Assembly (NCBI GenBank): GCA_902384455.1
Contig: CABMCB010000094.1
Span: forward strand, 32,001-96,000
Origin: an uncultured archaeon
GTDB lineage: Archaea; Altiarchaeota; Altiarchaeia; IMC4; SCGC-AAA252-I15
Direction: 5' to 3'
DNA: 64,000 bases
Every line of letters starts with the position of its first letter. Within the stretch, counting starts at the first letter, position 1. A model generated the notes under the pieces. The model worked only from the letters and a program-made list of their open reading frames with translations. It had not been told where the DNA came from and did no database searches. Shown here piece by piece: positions 35,425-45,475 of this stretch. The position numbers were made by a program, and so were the translations under genes.

Positions 35425-38400
35425 CTAAAAAGGAAGTTCGTCATCCGACGCATCAGAACATTTTCTGGCCTCAAACACACCTTCAAAAATATTTTGCTTA
35501 CCATTTGAAGCTACTGGAGTCTTCGTTATTTTTCTTCCCGCGTACGCTACGAAAACAAGGAAGGCTAGTGCAGAAGCGCCTAATACGCCTGAAGTGAGCA
35601 GTCGGTTCCCTCCCACTGCGCGACCGGATATAATAGGTGTGTCAACTGGTGAATCCGAATATTCGGCGCCTGTTTCCGCAGTTGCGTTCACCTCTTCGTC
35701 GTAAGATGGTGCCGGTGGCAGAGGTACTGTTGAATCTACGGTAGATTTGTTCTTTTTTTCTGTGACGTTGGATTTTACGGTTTTTTTCTCCCCGCTTTTA
35801 GACACGTTTGACGTGGGTTTTACTTCTCGGAGGGTGGTTGAAGTAGCTGTTGTAACTTCGGGGGTGGTGGTAGGGGAACTGTCTTGGTTTTCTTCTTGTG
35901 TCTCATTGTGGACTGGTGTAGGCACGTCTTGAACCGATGTTTCAGGGAGTGTTTCAGTTGGGTGATTTTTTCGTCCGGGAGTTCCGCCTTCAAATCCGCT
36001 TTCTATCCACTGGTTGTCGTCTGTTTTTTCTAGGCTGCGGTTGTTCCCGTTTCCGCCGTCTTCTGGGCTGTATGTGGTTTCGTCTGTTTGTGTTCCGTCT
36101 GGCGTGAGAATCCGCAGGGTTTTTCCGGTGTTTGGTAGTCCGCCGTTGGTGAGCGAGTTGTCTTCGGTTGTGAAGTGCGGCACGTAAGGTGGGAAGGAGA
36201 GCGACGTGTCTTTGTCTGTGATTATGGCAAAGCCGCCAGGTGGCACAAGTGGGAACGAACCGGTTTGTATTTCCAGAGTATCTTCGCCTTTGTCGTCTGC
36301 AATGCGCCAGCCGGTTAGGTCTACGTATCTGTCGCCGGTGTTTATGAGTTCTATGTATTCAGTGCGGTAGTCATCGCCAGGTGGGTTGTACATGATTTCG
36401 TTGAAGGCTATGTCAGCGTAGATTGTTGTTGACGTTATTGAGGTGGCGGAGGTAGTTGATGTTGAGGAGGTCGTGGTGGTGGATGTTGAGGTCGTGGTTG
36501 ATGTGGAGGATGTTGTAGTTGAGGAGGTAGTAGATGTCGTTGACGGTAATGAAGTAGTAGTTGAGGACGTTGTAGTTATCGGCAGGGTTGTCGTTGTTGA
36601 TGTTGTGCTTGTTATTGTCGTGGTGGGTTGAGTTGTGGATGTTATCGACGTGGTTGTGGTGGGTTGTACGGTAGTTGTTGTGGTTGTGTATGTCGTTGTT
36701 GTTGACGTGGCAGTTGTGGAGGAGGTGGTTGTTGTCTGAATTGTTGTGGTCGATGTTTTGGTTGTGGTTGTTGTCGTGGAGGTTGTTTGTGTTGTCGACG
36801 TCGTCGTTGTGGGTTGCGTTGTTGTCGGGATTGTTGGGGTTGTGGTCGTTGTTGTGTCCAGCAAGGTTGTTGTGGTTGTCGTAGTTGAGGTTGTGGAAGT
36901 TGTTGTGGATGTTATGGTTGACGATGTTATCGTGGAGGTTGTTATGGTAGTTGTGGATGTGGCGGTAGTTGAGGATGTTGTTGTCGTTATGGAGTATGTG
37001 GTTGTTGTAAAGGATTCTGTTGTGGATGTTTCTGTTGGTGTCGTTGCGGTTGTTGATGTGATTGTTTGAGTTGAGGTTGTGGTTGTTGTTGATTCGGTAG
37101 TTGTGGTTGTCGCTTCTTGCGAGAGGCTTGTGGTTGAGGTTATGGCCGTCTGTTCCGTTGTTGTGGTGGATTCGACTTTTGTTGTCGTTGTATAGTCGGT
37201 GGTTGATGTTGTGGCGGGTTCATCCTCTGTTAGGGTTGATGTTGTCGTGGGGTCTATTTGGGTTGAGGTGGTTGGGGTTTCTGTTGTTGAGGTTGTAGTG
37301 GACGTGTCTATTGTGGAGGTTGTTGTGGATTCCGGTTGGGATGTTGTGGGGGGTATTTCAGCGGTTGAGGTGGTGGTGGATTCTATTAGTGTTGATGTTG
37401 TTGTGGTGTGCTCTTCTGGCTTTGTTGGAGTTGTCGGGTCTGTTGCTGTCGTTGTCGAAGTGGGTTCTTTTGTGGAGGCTGCCGTTTCGGTCGTTGTGGT
37501 AGCCGGCTCTGGGATGGAAGTCGTCGTTGTTGGATTTGGTATGGTGGTCGTCGTGGATTCGGTAGTTGAAGTTGGGGTGGACGTTTCCGTTGTTGACGTC
37601 GTTGTTTCTATTGTTGGGGTTGGCTTGGTTGTCGACGTTTCATCTAAAACCGTTGATGTTGTTGTAGTAGACTCGATTGCGGGGGGGGTTATTGTGGAAG
37701 TGGAGGATTCTGTCGTTGTGGTCGTTGATTCTGCGATAGAAGTCGTCGTGGCCGAGTCCGGTAGTGTGGTTGTCGTGGATTCCGTGGTTGACGTTGTGGT
37801 TTCGATTGTTGTTGGGGGTTCGACTGTCGACGTCGTGGTGGTAGTGGTTTCGGTGGTAGTTGTTGTTTTCTGCGTCGTTTGTTCTTCGGGAGTTATGCTG
37901 TTTCTTTTTCCGGGAGTGCCGCTCTCCGTGTTTGATTCGCCCCAGTTTTCCTCTTCGTCTCCCGCCGACATATTTTTCTTTTCCAGACTCTTGTTGTTTC
38001 CGTTCCCGCCCCATGAATTTCTGTATGTAAGATTCGCTTTGACGCTTCCGTTTTCCTCCAGCGCAAGAGGCTCTCCAGTGTTGCTTAAGCTGTCCCAACT
38101 AGAGTCTAACAGTATCCCGTTGTATTGCTGGTAGTCTGTGATGAACTTCACCGGGTCGTCTGTAATAACCGCGTATTCTCCGGGAAGTAGAGTATCGTAC
38201 TGTATCGGCTCCAACTTGTGCTTTACTCCGCCTTCCAGAAGCCGCCAAGCCGAGACGTTGACGCTTTCATTGCCGAAATTCAGCACCTCAACCCACTCGC
38301 GCCCCGAATCCGAGCCTGCCGGATTGTACATTACCTCCGTGAAAATCAAAGAGGCGCTTGTGAGGGTAGGGTACATTAAGCATAACAACAACGCCACAAC

Positions 38401-38430
38401 TAAACCCAACAAGCCCCCCCTCATTTTCAT
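35425..38430 (-). CDS. Surface protein with two lamin-tail (LTD) domains, a very long Thr-rich linker and a C-terminal TM anchor
   Basis: FTEVMYNP...EWVE...SGTPG and FNEIMYNP...EYIE...GGTPG flank a several-hundred-residue mucin-like stalk. Confidence 0.85.
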   Translation of the reverse strand: MKMRGGLLGLVVALLLCLMYPTLTSASLIFTEVMYNPAGSDSGREWVEVLNFGNESVNVSAWRLLEGGVKHKLEPIQYDTLLPGEYAVITDDPVKFITDYQQYNGILLDSSWDSLSNTGEPLALEENGSVKANLTYRNSWGGNGNNKSLEKKNMSAGDEEENWGESNTESGTPGKRNSITPEEQTTQKTTTTTETTTTTTSTVEPPTTIETTTSTTESTTTTLPDSATTTSIAESTTTTTESSTSTITPPAIESTTTTSTVLDETSTTKPTPTIETTTSTTETSTPTSTTESTTTTIPNPTTTTSIPEPATTTTETAASTKEPTSTTTATDPTTPTKPEEHTTTTSTLIESTTTSTAEIPPTTSQPESTTTSTIDTSTTTSTTETPTTSTQIDPTTTSTLTEDEPATTSTTDYTTTTKVESTTTTEQTAITSTTSLSQEATTTTTESTTTTTSTQTITSTTATTPTETSTTESFTTTTYSITTTTSSTTATSTTTITTSTITSSTITSTTTSTTSTTTTTTTLLDTTTTTTPTIPTTTQPTTTTSTTQTTSTTTTTTKTSTTTIQTTTTSSTTATSTTTTYTTTTTTVQPTTTTSITSTTQPTTTITSTTSTTTTLPITTTSSTTTSLPSTTSTTSSTTTSSTSTTTSTSTTTTSSTSTTSATSITSTTIYADIAFNEIMYNPPGDDYRTEYIELINTGDRYVDLTGWRIADDKGEDTLEIQTGSFPLVPPGGFAIITDKDTSLSFPPYVPHFTTEDNSLTNGGLPNTGKTLRILTPDGTQTDETTYSPEDGGNGNNRSLEKTDDNQWIESGFEGGTPGRKNHPTETLPETSVQDVPTPVHNETQEENQDSSPTTTPEVTTATSTTLREVKPTSNVSKSGEKKTVKSNVTEKKNKSTVDSTVPLPPAPSYDEEVNATAETGAEYSDSPVDTPIISGRAVGGNRLLTSGVLGASALAFLVFVAYAGRKITKTPVASNGKQNIFEGVFEARKCSDASDDELPF

Positions 38431-39194
38431 GCCACCGTAATCTGACCGTTGACTAACTTCAGCGTCCTATACTGGCCAGTTCCCTGGTCTAGAATCTGGA
38501 ATTCCCGGACTCGCACGATAGTGTTGTTACTCGCGTCAATGTTTCCGCGCACGGTCACATTCCCGTTCACGTCTAACCGCGAAACCGGAGTTGTCGTTCC
38601 CACGCCGACGTTGCCGTTGTATATTGTCAGGCGTTCCGCCCCCATCTGGATGAAGCTTATGTCGTCGTCCATATCGTTGTTGTTTGCGAGAACCAACTTA
38701 GTGTTTTCCCCACCCTCTGAATAGTATTTCAAGTAAGCATCGTCCCCCGAACCGCCCCACGCATTGTCCTTGAAGTTCAATCCATAACCTGCGGCAGGCT
38801 CAATCCACCCGCCTGAGACACTCAATTTCTGACTTGGCGATGCTGTTCCCACTCCAACATTACCGTTCTTAAGGGTAACAGTCCGCGCCCAACCGGACGT
38901 TGGATTACTGCGGTTGTACGCGTTATTTGTCCACAAGTTTCCGCCGTAAGAATCTGCAGCCACCGCAAAAGCCATGCCACCGTTGCTTGCTACAATATCC
39001 CCAACAACGTCAACAGTCTTGCCGGGAGTCATTGTTCCCACACCTAAACTACCGTTAACTACGACGTTACCCCCAGCCGGACTTAAAAACAGGTTGCCCT
39101 CTTGGGTGGTAATCGTCCCTTCAGCAGCCGCGTAAACCGCTAAAGCCGCCAACACCAGTCCAATACACAGTTGCTTTTTTTTCATGTTTTTCAC
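38427..39194 (-). CDS. Secreted protein with GNVGVGT repeats (tail-fibre/adhesin-like)
   Basis: Three G(N/S)(V/L)GVGT..P...L.V.G repeats and a signal peptide. Confidence 0.7.
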   Translation of the reverse strand: MKNMKKKQLCIGLVLAALAVYAAAEGTITTQEGNLFLSPAGGNVVVNGSLGVGTMTPGKTVDVVGDIVASNGGMAFAVAADSYGGNLWTNNAYNRSNPTSGWARTVTLKNGNVGVGTASPSQKLSVSGGWIEPAAGYGLNFKDNAWGGSGDDAYLKYYSEGGENTKLVLANNNDMDDDISFIQMGAERLTIYNGNVGVGTTTPVSRLDVNGNVTVRGNIDASNNTIVRVREFQILDQGTGQYRTLKLVNGQITVA

Positions 39195-39220
39195 TTTTTA
39201 TCCTATCGTTTTTGTTCACC

Positions 39221-42200
39221 TCAGAATAGCCCTATTCCCCCGGCCCCCGGATCCTTTAGCGGAACCGGCGGCGCATAATCTTCTATCAAGCCGTCTTGAG
39301 TTGAAGTGAAAACCAATGTCCCGTAGTCAAGACTCAAGACGTTGTTGAGAACAAGTTTGCCAAAGACTGGGATAGACGGATCTTCGCATACGGTATTCAC
39401 GTTTATCCGCCAGTCTCCTGCCGCAGGCGGACTGCTCCCCAAGCAAGCCGACTGCGCGACATACTGCTTGTTGTAGTCAACTATGAAAGCCGACGGTCGA
39501 GTAACGTGGATTATGTATCCTCTGCCGGGTGTTAGTTCAGTCAGGTTTTGTGTTTCTTGTGGGGGCTTTTTTGGGTCGAATGTGACGGAGCAGTTGGGTC
39601 CGACTCCGCAGTCGTCTTTCTGCCATTGGATTATGTCGTATGCTCCGTCGAAGTCCGGTCCGAAGTTTGTTGCGTTGCCGTCGTGCAAGGAGGACAAAAC
39701 GGAGTCTCTGAAAGGTTTGATTGGGCGAGCGTATTTTCCGGGGTAGCCTATCCAATACCAACCTGCGGCTGAAAAGTTGATCACCGTTGTCGTTGGCTCA
39801 TATCCCAAAACCTTCATCGTACTGGGCTTATTGACCCACAATGAGAAGCCGGTTTTCTCGGAAACCTTATTGAAACCCTGACTTATCCACGAGGGAACAG
39901 TAGGATTGAACGACGCCAGAGTCGCGGAAGAATCCGCAATCGGCCCAATTGTGAAGTCGTATGAGCCGTCGAAGCCGGGTCCGAAGTCGGTTGCGTTTCC
40001 TGTGTGGAGGCTTTTGAAGAATGAGTCGCCAAACGGCTTGAAGCTTGTGTTTAGTGGTATCAGCGGGATTGAGATGTATTTCCATCCGGTAGTGTTGAAT
40101 TGTATCACGAATTCCTTTACTCGCAGGTCTTTGATTTCTATTGTTTTGTTTTGGCTCCAGACGCCCCAGTTGCCTTTTGCGTCTTGCGCGCGGACTCTGT
40201 ATGTGACGTTTCCTAAAGATTTGTTTTGCGTTTGCAGCAGGGGTATTTGGCTCGCGTAAGTCGTCTTGTTTTTGGCGTATTCCTCGATTTCGTAGGCGCT
40301 TATTCCGCTTCCGTCTGAAGAAGGCATCCACACTAACGTGACGTTGTATCCATCAACGAATCCACCAATGATTTCGGGGGTCGTCGGCGGTTTCATCAGG
40401 ACTGCGCCCGCGTCCGAGACGGCACTTAACGCGTATTCTGGCGTGTTGTCTGCGTCTGCCGCCTGAACCCGCACGTAAAGATGCTCGCCTTCATGGGCTT
40501 CGGGAGCTTCTATTGCCGCCGTCCATAAGCCGCCTGCTTTCGCGAGTTTTTCTATGCCGTCGAATTTGCTTTGCGACACGTCGCTTGCGTTCCACCGGTA
40601 CAATACGCGCGGCAGGTCCTGCGTCTCCTGTATTCCCTTAGTATCGTTGAATGTTGCGGCGATAATAAAGTTTCCGCCCGCATCAGCATCTCCAAAGGAT
40701 AAGACGGTAATGTTCGGCGGACTTACGTCGTCGTCGCCTATTTTGTATCCGCCACCGGGGTCGTCGTAGGGACTCCACTGGTACCCCCACCATGAATCGT
40801 AAGTGCGAATCCTCCAGTAGACTTTTTTGCCTTCGCATTCCTCTGAGAGCAGGAAGTTGGCGGGAGTCTTCCAGTTGTAGGGGCAGCTTCCAACGCAGTA
40901 ATTGGACAAATCCACCCAACCGGTCCTGTGTAAGTCATCTACGCTTGTGTCTTGGCACCTGTAGAATAATCGCGCCTTTGTGACACTTGAGGGTAGTTTG
41001 AGGCCTATGAAGTAGGGTTGCGATGAGTTTGTTGGTGGGCGGTCTTCGATTGTGTCGAATTCAATCCACGTCGGCGGGTGAACTGGGATTTCAAGTATTT
41101 TATTTTTGTGTTCGTCCACCGCCCAGTCGTCGATTGTCACGTTGAGTTTTATGTACTGCGCTTTTTCTCCGTCGCCTACCTTACAGTTCGTCAGATTGTA
41201 TACGTCTACGTGGTTTACGTCGACGTATTCATAGTCTCCTGCAGTGATTGCGCCTATGTGTTGGTATTGGGCTAATGTTTTTCTGACGCAGGGCCCTGCA
41301 GTCCACACCTCAACGCTCACGTCTCCTCCGCTCTTTGCCCCCGTGTTCTCAATTTTCAGCGTGAAGTCGACTTCCTCGCCGGGGTTTACGTTGCCGTCTT
41401 CCGGATTGTATCCTTCAGGTATAGCGTATGTTCCCCGCGCCTGCGCCGTCAACTCCAAATCAACAGCCTCAAAAAAAGGAGCAACAGAAACATTCACCCA
41501 AACAGGATTACTAAACGCAACAAAACCACCACCCCCAACCAAAACAACACGAAGATAATATGACTCATTAGTTGACAATGAAAATGGCAACACTTTACTC
41601 CCTTGTAGAGGTATATTCTGATATTCTTGCCATACAATTTCTTCAACTGGAAGAGCATCTAACTCCCTCTTTTTTCCTTTGAATACAGTGATACTACTCA
41701 CGTTCCCAAACTCTGCCGTAGTATTCCACGTAAGTACAACCGTTGGTGTTCTGCCGTTTGGTATGTTTAATGTGTCTCCCATCCCCACGCCATCTGCCGT
41801 CAATGTGACTGCCGGTCCGTCTGTCATATAACATCGGCCATTCTGGAGCGCGTCGTATATGCTCGACGGGTTGTTTGCGGCACGACAGCAGGTGCGGACG
41901 CGACCGAAAGAGGATGTGTTGTCGCTGCTTTCTCCAGTGATTATTCTTCGCCGTAGAATGTTGAAGTCTCCGTGTGAGTCCGTCCCACCTATTGCATTGA
42001 TGTGGCGGCTGAGATTTTCAGTTAGGAGGGTGCGCCATTTTTCGAGGACGAGGTCGCGGCTTTTTACGTTTTCAGTTGTGCGACCGTTCCAGAGTTGGAT
42101 TCCCGCATAGTTAGGGAGGGTGTAGTCTTCGGATACATAATCTCCTATGTTTAGTTCGCCGTCGTTGAGGAACGTATATGGCATCGACGCAATCCACATG

Positions 42201-43324
42201 TCTGCTGCGGATTTGTTGATTCCCGCGAGTCGCGCGTATATAGGACCCAATCGCCCGCTAATTAGAAACAGATCTGAGCTGTTATTAGTTGGCGAAGATT
42301 GCCTAAATTCCAGTGGGTGTGCGTAGTAGGAGAATGCGCCGCTTTGCTTCAGGCTTGATAGCAGTAGGTAGAGGGGTAGAGTGCATGTTTGATTGAATGT
42401 TCCATGTTCGTCTGGAATACAATTTTTTTCTCCAAAGCTGTCGCCGTCTCCGTATATTGCTTCTGTGTAGTTTTCCATCCGGTAGCCAAGTAGATGAACA
42501 TACTTTCCTGCGCTGTTTTCCGCGCTGATTTCCTCTCCAACGAGGCATCTTACGCCGCCCTTGCCGTTGACGGCGGCGCATTCCTGCTTGAGATTCCCCC
42601 ATTTACCGAGTTCCGGCGGATTTTGACTGTCGAGGTCGAAGCTGTGGTCTGTAACGGCAAACCAGTCTAACCCTATAAGTTGCGCGGCTTCAGCTGAAGC
42701 GTTTATAGTATTCCCCACTTCGGCGTAGTTGTCGGTGTATATAGTATGGAAGTGCGTATCGCCGCAGATGTAGCCGGGAATTGAGGGTATCCCATTTCCG
42801 TAGTGAACAGAAAGGGGATAATGCTCTTCAACATTGTTCCATAGTGTTGCAAGGGTTCCGTTGATTATGGAGCCGTTACCACTCAAAGTTCCTATACGGG
42901 ACTGACCGGATAAGATGACTGTGAAAGAATAGATGCCTAAGGTATTGTCTAATTTTAGCTCTGAACGTTTAACGTATACGGTCGTCATCCACGTTCTTTG
43001 TTGAATAAACGCCGGGAGAACGCCGTTGAGGAAAGTCGATAGAAGGTTTCCGTTTCCGTCATAAAGTAGAAGTTGTGTGCCGTTGTTGTTTGCATCAAAC
43101 ACTGAAATGGAAGTTAGGTTAAGGAACTCAGTTCTTCCGAATTCGCTTGACGTTTTAACTACGATGCTGACTGGCATTAATTCTACGTTGGGTTGTATTC
43201 TCCACGGCGCATCCGCGACCGCATACCACGAAGCAAAATTGCTGCTGTAAGCTGTTGCTTCCTGCGTGGCCCACAGAGCCGACCCGAAGGCTAGCGCTAA
43301 AGCTAACCAATTTTGTTCCTTCAT
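39221..43324 (-). CDS. Large secreted PHP-domain (CehA/McbA-like) metallohydrolase with Ig/FN3 domains and duplicated C-terminal modules
   Basis: GDTHFHT, AVTDH, GEEIS, AHP, GGTDSHG, FSNPVW. FN3-like region SSDGSGISAYEI...VRAQDAKGNW. Confidence 0.85.
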   Translation of the reverse strand: MKEQNWLALALAFGSALWATQEATAYSSNFASWYAVADAPWRIQPNVELMPVSIVVKTSSEFGRTEFLNLTSISVFDANNNGTQLLLYDGNGNLLSTFLNGVLPAFIQQRTWMTTVYVKRSELKLDNTLGIYSFTVILSGQSRIGTLSGNGSIINGTLATLWNNVEEHYPLSVHYGNGIPSIPGYICGDTHFHTIYTDNYAEVGNTINASAEAAQLIGLDWFAVTDHSFDLDSQNPPELGKWGNLKQECAAVNGKGGVRCLVGEEISAENSAGKYVHLLGYRMENYTEAIYGDGDSFGEKNCIPDEHGTFNQTCTLPLYLLLSSLKQSGAFSYYAHPLEFRQSSPTNNSSDLFLISGRLGPIYARLAGINKSAADMWIASMPYTFLNDGELNIGDYVSEDYTLPNYAGIQLWNGRTTENVKSRDLVLEKWRTLLTENLSRHINAIGGTDSHGDFNILRRRIITGESSDNTSSFGRVRTCCRAANNPSSIYDALQNGRCYMTDGPAVTLTADGVGMGDTLNIPNGRTPTVVLTWNTTAEFGNVSSITVFKGKKRELDALPVEEIVWQEYQNIPLQGSKVLPFSLSTNESYYLRVVLVGGGGFVAFSNPVWVNVSVAPFFEAVDLELTAQARGTYAIPEGYNPEDGNVNPGEEVDFTLKIENTGAKSGGDVSVEVWTAGPCVRKTLAQYQHIGAITAGDYEYVDVNHVDVYNLTNCKVGDGEKAQYIKLNVTIDDWAVDEHKNKILEIPVHPPTWIEFDTIEDRPPTNSSQPYFIGLKLPSSVTKARLFYRCQDTSVDDLHRTGWVDLSNYCVGSCPYNWKTPANFLLSEECEGKKVYWRIRTYDSWWGYQWSPYDDPGGGYKIGDDDVSPPNITVLSFGDADAGGNFIIAATFNDTKGIQETQDLPRVLYRWNASDVSQSKFDGIEKLAKAGGLWTAAIEAPEAHEGEHLYVRVQAADADNTPEYALSAVSDAGAVLMKPPTTPEIIGGFVDGYNVTLVWMPSSDGSGISAYEIEEYAKNKTTYASQIPLLQTQNKSLGNVTYRVRAQDAKGNWGVWSQNKTIEIKDLRVKEFVIQFNTTGWKYISIPLIPLNTSFKPFGDSFFKSLHTGNATDFGPGFDGSYDFTIGPIADSSATLASFNPTVPSWISQGFNKVSEKTGFSLWVNKPSTMKVLGYEPTTTVINFSAAGWYWIGYPGKYARPIKPFRDSVLSSLHDGNATNFGPDFDGAYDIIQWQKDDCGVGPNCSVTFDPKKPPQETQNLTELTPGRGYIIHVTRPSAFIVDYNKQYVAQSACLGSSPPAAGDWRINVNTVCEDPSIPVFGKLVLNNVLSLDYGTLVFTSTQDGLIEDYAPPVPLKDPGAGGIGLF

Positions 43325-43341
43325 TTGCGTCCTCCCGCGGA

Positions 43342-44172
43342 CTAAACAAACTGGTGTAGTATCTCTACGTCATCCACCGTGCCCACAGTGGTCGAATCAA
43401 TATACTTCCCAGTGTTTGTTTTAAGTTTGAGTGTGATATTGAAAGGATGTCTGCTTGAATACTGGATAGAATAGGGTACTGTTGCTAATGCACATGGATC
43501 ATCCGGCCCGCCCGCCCTATTAATATTCCAAAGAGAATCATTCACATACGCCTCTAGAGTCTGAAACCCTCGCCCCGTCACATTCACCGCAAAAACGTGA
43601 GAATAAACCTTTTCGTCGCCCTGTAATTCATAAGCAGGATAACGCCGCACTACTACACTCGTTATTTTCCCTTCCGCCGGACACTGTGAGTAGGGATCCA
43701 CATTGGGCCCGTAGTTTACTGTGAACTTGTCCAAAACTTTGTCGCCGTCTCGCAACTCCACAGTAATCGGATACGTGAGGCTGGTGTTGGCGACGCGAAT
43801 GCGATAAGAAGTGGTGATTGTATTAGAGAATTCTACGTTGACTACGTCAGGCTTTAAACTAAGGGTTTCTGAACGTAAGCCCCAATATTGAATCGACTCA
43901 TCCCCAATAAAACCAGACGCCCAATTTGAACCATACGGTAAACCACGCAACTTAAACTGCAGACCATTAATCCATATTTCGTAGGGTACTTTACCATGAC
44001 TAGCTCCAAGCACACCCTCCCCCACAGCAAAACTAATTATTGCGCCTCCTTCCTGTACTTGAGGATCACCGAACTTTACGTATTCACCCAAACAACCAGA
44101 AGATGCTAGAACAACAACCAAGCTTACCGTCAAGACCGCCGTCAATTCCTTGCCACCACGTAATTGTTTCAT
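43342..44172 (-). CDS. Variable lipoprotein, paralogue 1
   Basis: Lipobox LASSGC and the family core EYV.F.DPQVQEGG.IISF...NYGP..PY.QCPAEGKIT...DPC...IDS..VG. Confidence 0.8.
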   Translation of the reverse strand: MKQLRGGKELTAVLTVSLVVVLASSGCLGEYVKFGDPQVQEGGAIISFAVGEGVLGASHGKVPYEIWINGLQFKLRGLPYGSNWASGFIGDESIQYWGLRSETLSLKPDVVNVEFSNTITTSYRIRVANTSLTYPITVELRDGDKVLDKFTVNYGPNVDPYSQCPAEGKITSVVVRRYPAYELQGDEKVYSHVFAVNVTGRGFQTLEAYVNDSLWNINRAGGPDDPCALATVPYSIQYSSRHPFNITLKLKTNTGKYIDSTTVGTVDDVEILHQFV

Positions 44173-44190
44173 CGCATCTATCCCTTCAGT

Positions 44191-44352
44191 TTATTTAGTA
44201 TTGCTTTTGATTAAGCCGCTAACTAAAGCAGCCGAACCCGACCAGACTCCCGCACCCAACGCAAAGTTGCTGTTGTATGCTGTCGCATTCTGCGCGGCCC
44301 CCACAGCCAGTCCGAAGGCTAGCGCTAACGCTAACCAAGTTTGTTCCTTCAT
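44191..44352 (-). pseudogene. Truncated, diverged copy of the PHP-hydrolase N-terminus (53 aa)
   Basis: MKEQTWLALALAFGLAVGAAQNATAYNSNFA...LIKSNTK*. Confidence 0.75.
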
Positions 44353-44377
44353 TTAGGTGTCCTCCCGCGGACTTTCT

Positions 44378-45214
44378 TTAGTTCAGGGGTTCGATTTCCT
44401 CCTCGGTTCTTGCGCCCACGACAACCGAGTCAATCAACCTCCCTGAAGGCGTTTTTAAAGTGAGATTAAAACTGAAAGGAAGAGTTCCAAAGTAATTCAT
44501 AGAGTATGTTAAGTTCGCCCATTCACAGGGATTATCAGGTGGACTTGCTGGCGAAATCAAGTAATAACGAGAATCGAGGTATCCCTCCAAACGCCTAAAC
44601 CCTTGACCATACGTATTGACAAAAAAAACAACTGAATACTCACTACCATTTTCTCCAATAGCATACCCCCGATACCTCTTCAATTTCACGCCCGTTATTT
44701 TTCCTTCCGCGGGGCATTCCAGGTACGGATTCACGTCCGGCCCGTAGTTTAACGTGAACTTATCCAACACTCTATCGCCGTCCCGCAACTCTACAGTAAC
44801 TGGATACGTTAGTGTTGTGTTGGCGACGCGAAGCCGGTACGATGTGACTGTGTGTCGCCATAGATTTACATTAATTGTGTCGTGTTCAGCATACAATTCA
44901 GGATAAGACTGAGTACACCAGTAGTCAACCGCTTCTTTTTCTAGGTTGCCTTGCGCCCAGTAGGATCCAGGAGGACATCCTTCAGAAATCCAACGTCGCC
45001 CATTTAACCATACTTCCAACGACAAATCTTCACTGCTGTACCAATACCTTTGGTCTATCGCGTAGCTGATTATTGAACCCCCCTCTTGCACTTGCGGATC
45101 ACCAAACTTAACGTACTCACCCAAGCAGCCAGAAGACGATAAAACAACAACTAAACTCACCGCTAAAATCACCGCCAACACCCTACCGCACCGTAAACGT
45201 TTCATCGCATCCAT
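44378..45214 (-). CDS. Variable lipoprotein, paralogue 2
   Basis: Lipobox LSSSGC and the same family core. Confidence 0.8.
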   Translation of the reverse strand: MDAMKRLRCGRVLAVILAVSLVVVLSSSGCLGEYVKFGDPQVQEGGSIISYAIDQRYWYSSEDLSLEVWLNGRRWISEGCPPGSYWAQGNLEKEAVDYWCTQSYPELYAEHDTINVNLWRHTVTSYRLRVANTTLTYPVTVELRDGDRVLDKFTLNYGPDVNPYLECPAEGKITGVKLKRYRGYAIGENGSEYSVVFFVNTYGQGFRRLEGYLDSRYYLISPASPPDNPCEWANLTYSMNYFGTLPFSFNLTLKTPSGRLIDSVVVGARTEEEIEPLN

Positions 45215-45236
45215 CCCTTCAGTTAAATTACTTTGT

Positions 45237-45455
45237 TCATGCCGTAAATTGTACTTTAGTATTACTTTTGATTAAGTCGCTGACTACTACCGCAGCCAAA
45301 TTCAGCCGGACTTCAACCCCCGGCTGTATTCTCCACGGCGCATCCGCGACCGCATACCACGAAGCAAAATTGCTGCTGTAAGCTGTTGCTTCCTGCGTGG
45401 CCCACAGAGCCGACCCGAAGGCTAGCGCTAACGCTAACCAAAGTTTAAGTTCCAT
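45237..45455 (-). pseudogene. Truncated near-identical copy of the PHP-hydrolase N-terminus (72 aa)
   Basis: WLALALAFGSALWATQEATAYSSNFASWYAVADAPWRIQP is identical to the 39221..43324 N-terminus, then runs into ...LIKSNTK. Confidence 0.8.
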
Positions 45456-45475
45456 CGTGTCCTCCCGCGGACTAT

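Noticed and set aside
36420-37880. Low-complexity GTT/GTG-rich tract as a tandem repeat, CRISPR or plus-strand Val-rich ORFs
   Set aside because: It is the antisense of the Thr-rich linker of the LTD protein.
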